Below the pieces are notes generated by a model. That model was not told the origin of the DNA. It worked only from the letters and a program-made list of their open reading frames with translations, and did not search any database. Shown here piece after piece: positions 39,701 through 42,596 of a DNA stretch of 42,596 nt (the stretch's first letter is position 1; the number at the start of each line of letters is the position of its first letter). A program made the position numbers and the translations under genes. The stretch covers positions 1-42,596 of the forward strand of contig JAYZQJ010000115.1 in assembly GCA_036149055.1 (NCBI GenBank), in the 5' to 3' direction. This DNA comes from Myxococcota bacterium (GTDB lineage: Bacteria > Myxococcota_A > Polyangia > Polyangiales > Sandaracinaceae).

Positions 39701-42596
39701 GGGCGCGCGGGCCGTCCTTGGTCTCGAAGAAGATGGTGCGGAAGATCTCGTGCCGCTCGACCACGTCGACGACGGCCGCGCGCACGCCGTCGGCGTCGAT
39801 CACCCCGGTGACGTCGAGGTGCGACGAGAGGTTCAGCGAGCTGCTCTCGGGGCGGAAGACCTGCAGGAACCAGAGGCGCTCCTGGGCGTACGAGAGCGGC
39901 AGCGCCTCGTCGCGCTCGGCGCGCTCGATCGGGGGGAGCCTCTCTCCCTGCGCGCCGTCGATCGCCGCCGCCAGCGCGGCCAGCGAGTGGTGCGAGAACA
40001 CCTCGCGCAGGGGGAGCTCCACGCCGAGTCGCTCGCGCAGCATCGAGATCATCCGAGTCGCGAGCAGCGAGTGACCGCCGAGGCGGAAGAAGTCGTCGCC
40101 GCGCCCGACCTGCTCGACCCCGAGCAGCTCGCCGAACACCCGCGCCAGCGCGCGCTCGGTGTCGGTCTCGGGCGGCCCGCCGGTCGCGCCCTCGGGGAGG
40201 CTCGGCGCGGGCAGCGCGCGCCGGTCCACCTTGCCGTTGGGCGTCAGCGGCAGCGCGTCGAGCGACACCCAGGCGGCGGGCACCATGTGCGCGGGCAGCC
40301 AGCGCTCCGCGTGGGCGCGCAGCGCGTCGTCGTCGATGCCGTCGCCCACCACGTAGGCGACCAGCCGCTGCACGCCGGGGGTGTCGCTGCGCACCACCGC
40401 CACCGCCTGGCGCACGCCCGGAGCGTCCTGGAGGACGGACTCGATGTCCCCGAGCTCGACGCGCTGCCCGCGCAGCTTCACCTGGTGGTCGATGCGCCCG
40501 TGGAACATGAGCTGCCCGTCCGCGGACCAGGCGCTCAGATCCCCGGTGCGGTAGAGCCGCTCGCCGGGGCGCTCACTCCACGGGTTCGGGACGAAGCGCG
40601 CGGCCGTCTCGCGGGGGCGGCCGAGGTAGCCCCGCGCCAGCTGGGCGCCGCCGACCACCAGCTCTCCGAGCGCGCCGACGGGCACGGGCAGCCCCGAGCT
40701 CGGATCGACGACGTGCGCCGACGTGCCCGGCAGGGGCGCCCCGATCGGCGGCTCGGCGTCGTCGCCGGGCGCCTCGCACCACGTCGACACGACGGTGTTC
40801 TCGGTCGGGCCGTAGTGGTTCATCAGGCGGAACGGGAGCGGCGCGCCGTCCCGGCGATGGAGGCGGTCGCCGCCCGTGATGACCGCCCGCAGCGCGAGGC
40901 CCTCGAGCGACTCGGTGCGCATCGCCGCCTCGATCAAAGGCGTCGACACGAAGGCGAGCGTGATCGCGCGCTCGCGCAGGAACTGGAAGAGCGCCCCCAC
41001 GTCCCGTCGGCCGTCGGCGTCCGGCACGTGCAGCGACGCGCCTCCGCTCAGGGCGGGCCAGATCTCGAAGATGGTCGCGTCGAAGCCGAGGCCCGCGATC
41101 TGCGTCACCCGGTCGTCGGGCTCGACGTCGTAGCCGTCGACGTACCAGTCGCAGAGGTTGCGCAAGGCCCCGTGCTCGATCGCGACGCCCTTCGGGCGGC
41201 CGGTCGTGCCGGAGGTGTAGATGACGTAGGCGTGCGCGAGCGACGAGAGCGCGGGGGCGGTGAGCGGGGCGTCGCCGGTCGGCGCGAGCGCGAGGTCCGC
41301 GTCCAGCGTCGGGACGGCCAGGCCCTCCGACTCGAGCGCGCGCAGGGTCTCGCGGGTGCTGGCGTCGGAGAGCACGACCTCGGCGCCCGAGTCCTCGATC
41401 ATGAAGCGGAGGCGGGCCGGCGGGTGGGCGGGATCCAGCGAGACGTAGGCGCCCCGCGCGAGCATGACGCCGAGCGCGCTGGTGACGTAGGCGGCGCCGG
41501 GGGACATCACGAGGGCGACGCGCGACTCGGGCCCGAGCCCGCGCGCCTGGAGCCGCCCGGCCAGCGCGCTGGCGCGACGCACCATCTCTCCGTAGGAGAC
41601 CTCGCCCTGCGCGTCGGCGATCGCGAGGCGCTCCGGAGCCCGCGCGGCCTGCGCGACGATCCGCTCCGGGATCGAGCGCGGATCGCTCGAGATCGCGGGG
41701 AGAGGGGCGCTCCAACGCAGGAGCTGGGCCGCCTCCTCGGGGGACGTCGCGTCGAGCTCGCTCGAGCGCGTCTCGGGGCGCGTGACCGCGCGCGCCAGGA
41801 GCGCCGCCCACTGCGAAGCGATGCGTCCGGCCGTCGCCTCCGCGAAGAGGTCCGCGTCGTAGAGGAGGGCGCCGTGGCCGTCGCTGCCCATCTCCAGGCT
41901 GAGGTCGAACTTCGCCGGCGCGTCCGCCAGCTCCACCACCTCGGCCGACCATCCGGGCGCGTCCGACGCGCCGAGCAGGGTCCCCTCGCTCTCTTCCTGG
42001 AGCGTGAAGGTGGCCTGGAAGACCGGCGTGACGCTGGTGTCGCGCGGCACGTCGAGCTCGGCCACGACCCGCTCGAACGGCACGTCCTGGTGGGCGTAGC
42101 CGTCGAGCGCGGCGGTCCGAGCGCGGCCGACGAGCGCGGAGAAGCTCGGGTCGCCTCCGGCGTCGAGGCGCAGGGGGAGGGTGTTGACGAAGAAGCCGAT
42201 CAGCCCGTCCACGTCGGCGTGGCGGCGTCCGGCGATCGGCGCGCCGACGACCACCTCTTCGGCGCGCGCTCGCCGCATCAGCAGCAGCTGCCACGCCGCG
42301 AGCATGACCATGAAGGGGGTCGCCTCGAGATCCCGCGCGAGGCGCCGCACCCCCCGCATCGTCTCGTCGTCGAGCGTCACCGGGACCCGCTGCCCACGCT
42401 CGCCCTTGACCGGCGGCCGGGGGAAGTCGAGGGGGAGCTCGAGCACGGGAGGCGCGCCCTCGAGCTGCCGCTTCCAGTACTGGAGCTGTCGCTCGAGCTC
42501 GCCGCCTTCGAGCCAGCGGCGCTGCCAGGCGGCGTAGTCGGCGTACTGGACGGGCAGCGGCGGGAGCTCGATCGCGCGGCCCTCGCGCTTCGCGGC
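36741..42596 (-). CDS. NRPS, 5' end outside the window: [C partial]-A(hydrophobic, Leu-like)-T-C-A(unknown)-T
   Basis: Frame stays open to the window edge (LPVQYADYAAWQR...); LCL-type C motifs SYAQERLWFL and HHIAADG; T motifs GGHSL and GGDSL; hand-read codes DAFFIGHVVK and DASHVGNISK. Confidence 0.93.
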   Translation of the reverse strand, partial: AAKREGRAIELPPLPVQYADYAAWQRRWLEGGELERQLQYWKRQLEGAPPVLELPLDFPRPPVKGERGQRVPVTLDDETMRGVRRLARDLEATPFMVMLAAWQLLLMRRARAEEVVVGAPIAGRRHADVDGLIGFFVNTLPLRLDAGGDPSFSALVGRARTAALDGYAHQDVPFERVVAELDVPRDTSVTPVFQATFTLQEESEGTLLGASDAPGWSAEVVELADAPAKFDLSLEMGSDGHGALLYDADLFAEATAGRIASQWAALLARAVTRPETRSSELDATSPEEAAQLLRWSAPLPAISSDPRSIPERIVAQAARAPERLAIADAQGEVSYGEMVRRASALAGRLQARGLGPESRVALVMSPGAAYVTSALGVMLARGAYVSLDPAHPPARLRFMIEDSGAEVVLSDASTRETLRALESEGLAVPTLDADLALAPTGDAPLTAPALSSLAHAYVIYTSGTTGRPKGVAIEHGALRNLCDWYVDGYDVEPDDRVTQIAGLGFDATIFEIWPALSGGASLHVPDADGRRDVGALFQFLRERAITLAFVSTPLIEAAMRTESLEGLALRAVITGGDRLHRRDGAPLPFRLMNHYGPTENTVVSTWCEAPGDDAEPPIGAPLPGTSAHVVDPSSGLPVPVGALGELVVGGAQLARGYLGRPRETAARFVPNPWSERPGERLYRTGDLSAWSADGQLMFHGRIDHQVKLRGQRVELGDIESVLQDAPGVRQAVAVVRSDTPGVQRLVAYVVGDGIDDDALRAHAERWLPAHMVPAAWVSLDALPLTPNGKVDRRALPAPSLPEGATGGPPETDTERALARVFGELLGVEQVGRGDDFFRLGGHSLLATRMISMLRERLGVELPLREVFSHHSLAALAAAIDGAQGERLPPIERAERDEALPLSYAQERLWFLQVFRPESSSLNLSSHLDVTGVIDADGVRAAVVDVVERHEIFRTIFFETKDGPRARIRSLDALPPTFRYLDLRGGADDDARDRLTRELLERPFDLAAEPPLRAGLIHVADDRAELLVCVHHIAADGWTMANLTREVIEAYDRIQASAPPPPPPAPQYVDYAVWQRAHLGETQLAGQLAYWRDALADLEPLELPTDRRRPPVQSARGASLEARIDPALFARLRTFAADRHVTPYAVVLTALDCVLARLGGTEDVAVGTPIAGRRAAETEDMLGCFLNTLVQRVRVRGRDSFADLVDEVSRVNLAAQENQDVPFERVIKELAPRRDLSRTPFFQVFFNYLETLPQTKLERSGLALDLQPPRSVEAKFDLELYVAPTEDHGLKVEAVYCADLFDPPTIERLLASVLRVLREGLDDPARTAMALTDEAPPRVEASPPAPPPLIETLRLSLARHAERAAILWNGAAVTYAQLEDTVKRLAPRVDAVERRSGRVGLVLHKGPEMVVGPIAAFWAGRAYVALDATYPEERLAYMARHADLDALLCTPETAALAGRLAGDRPVLDMSELAPSPMHEPAAVEPTDEAYVLYTSGSTGQPKGVVQTHGAMAHYVDVYARRLGLGPEDRLSLFSAFSFDAAISDTFGAIATGGAVCPYPIKEKGLEGVPAFIEEAGLTIYHSTPTVLRALMDTVDDPQRLRGLRALVLGGEPVLPSDLERFKERFPRGARFINNLGASECSISLWTELDHDTRLRGRMPMGAPVERTRVRLLDDDLRDSFVGQLVVQSDFLAVGYLHDAERSARVFGEFEGRPAYFSGDIAYARPDGQLVSLGRRDGQVKVRGNRIELGEVESAMMEHPRVRRAVASLQPGPDGAPLLVAHVEGDEGLSRDDVRAHLRERLPTYMIPTRITMMARLPLTPSGKIDRAALPAEAGETRAFEAPRAGLEAELAQIVSLTLGVGDVGRDANFFDDLGGDSLTLVRVANRVAEHVGRPIPVVTFFEAPTVATLAVKLGATAEADAPRPSSDRRKARKGKAASRRQRRRRGRREDDE

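Overview
Very GC-rich bacterial DNA. The gene repertoire (FHA-sigma54 activator, TSP3-OmpA, Cys-rich lipoproteins, hybrid NRPS/PKS) suggests a myxobacterium; this is inference. Most of the window is a split hybrid NRPS-PKS biosynthetic gene cluster that runs off the right edge. A 5'-truncated minus-strand NRPS ([C]-A-T-C-A-T) is followed by a KR-less PKS (KS-AT[malonyl]-ACP). A convergent 3316-aa terminal NRPS reads C-A[Gly]-T-C-A[Ser]-T-C-A[unusual, aminoadipate-like code]-T-TE, and its two internal C domains look like the dehydrating 'modified amino acid' (CmodAA) class. Accessory genes are MbtH, a type II thioesterase, a lysine 6-aminotransferase-like enzyme, a FOXRED2-like flavoprotein, a divergent pterin-dependent aromatic amino acid hydroxylase, a VAO/PCMH-family flavoprotein and an ABC exporter. 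Interleaved are two paralogous lipoprotein S1 proteases, a PEBP (YbhB/YbcL) protein, and a block of secreted lipoproteins including a duplicated (4 x CxxCH) di-heme oxidoreductase. I saw no RNA genes, CRISPR arrays or mobile elements. All family and specificity calls were made by eye from motifs; no searches were run.
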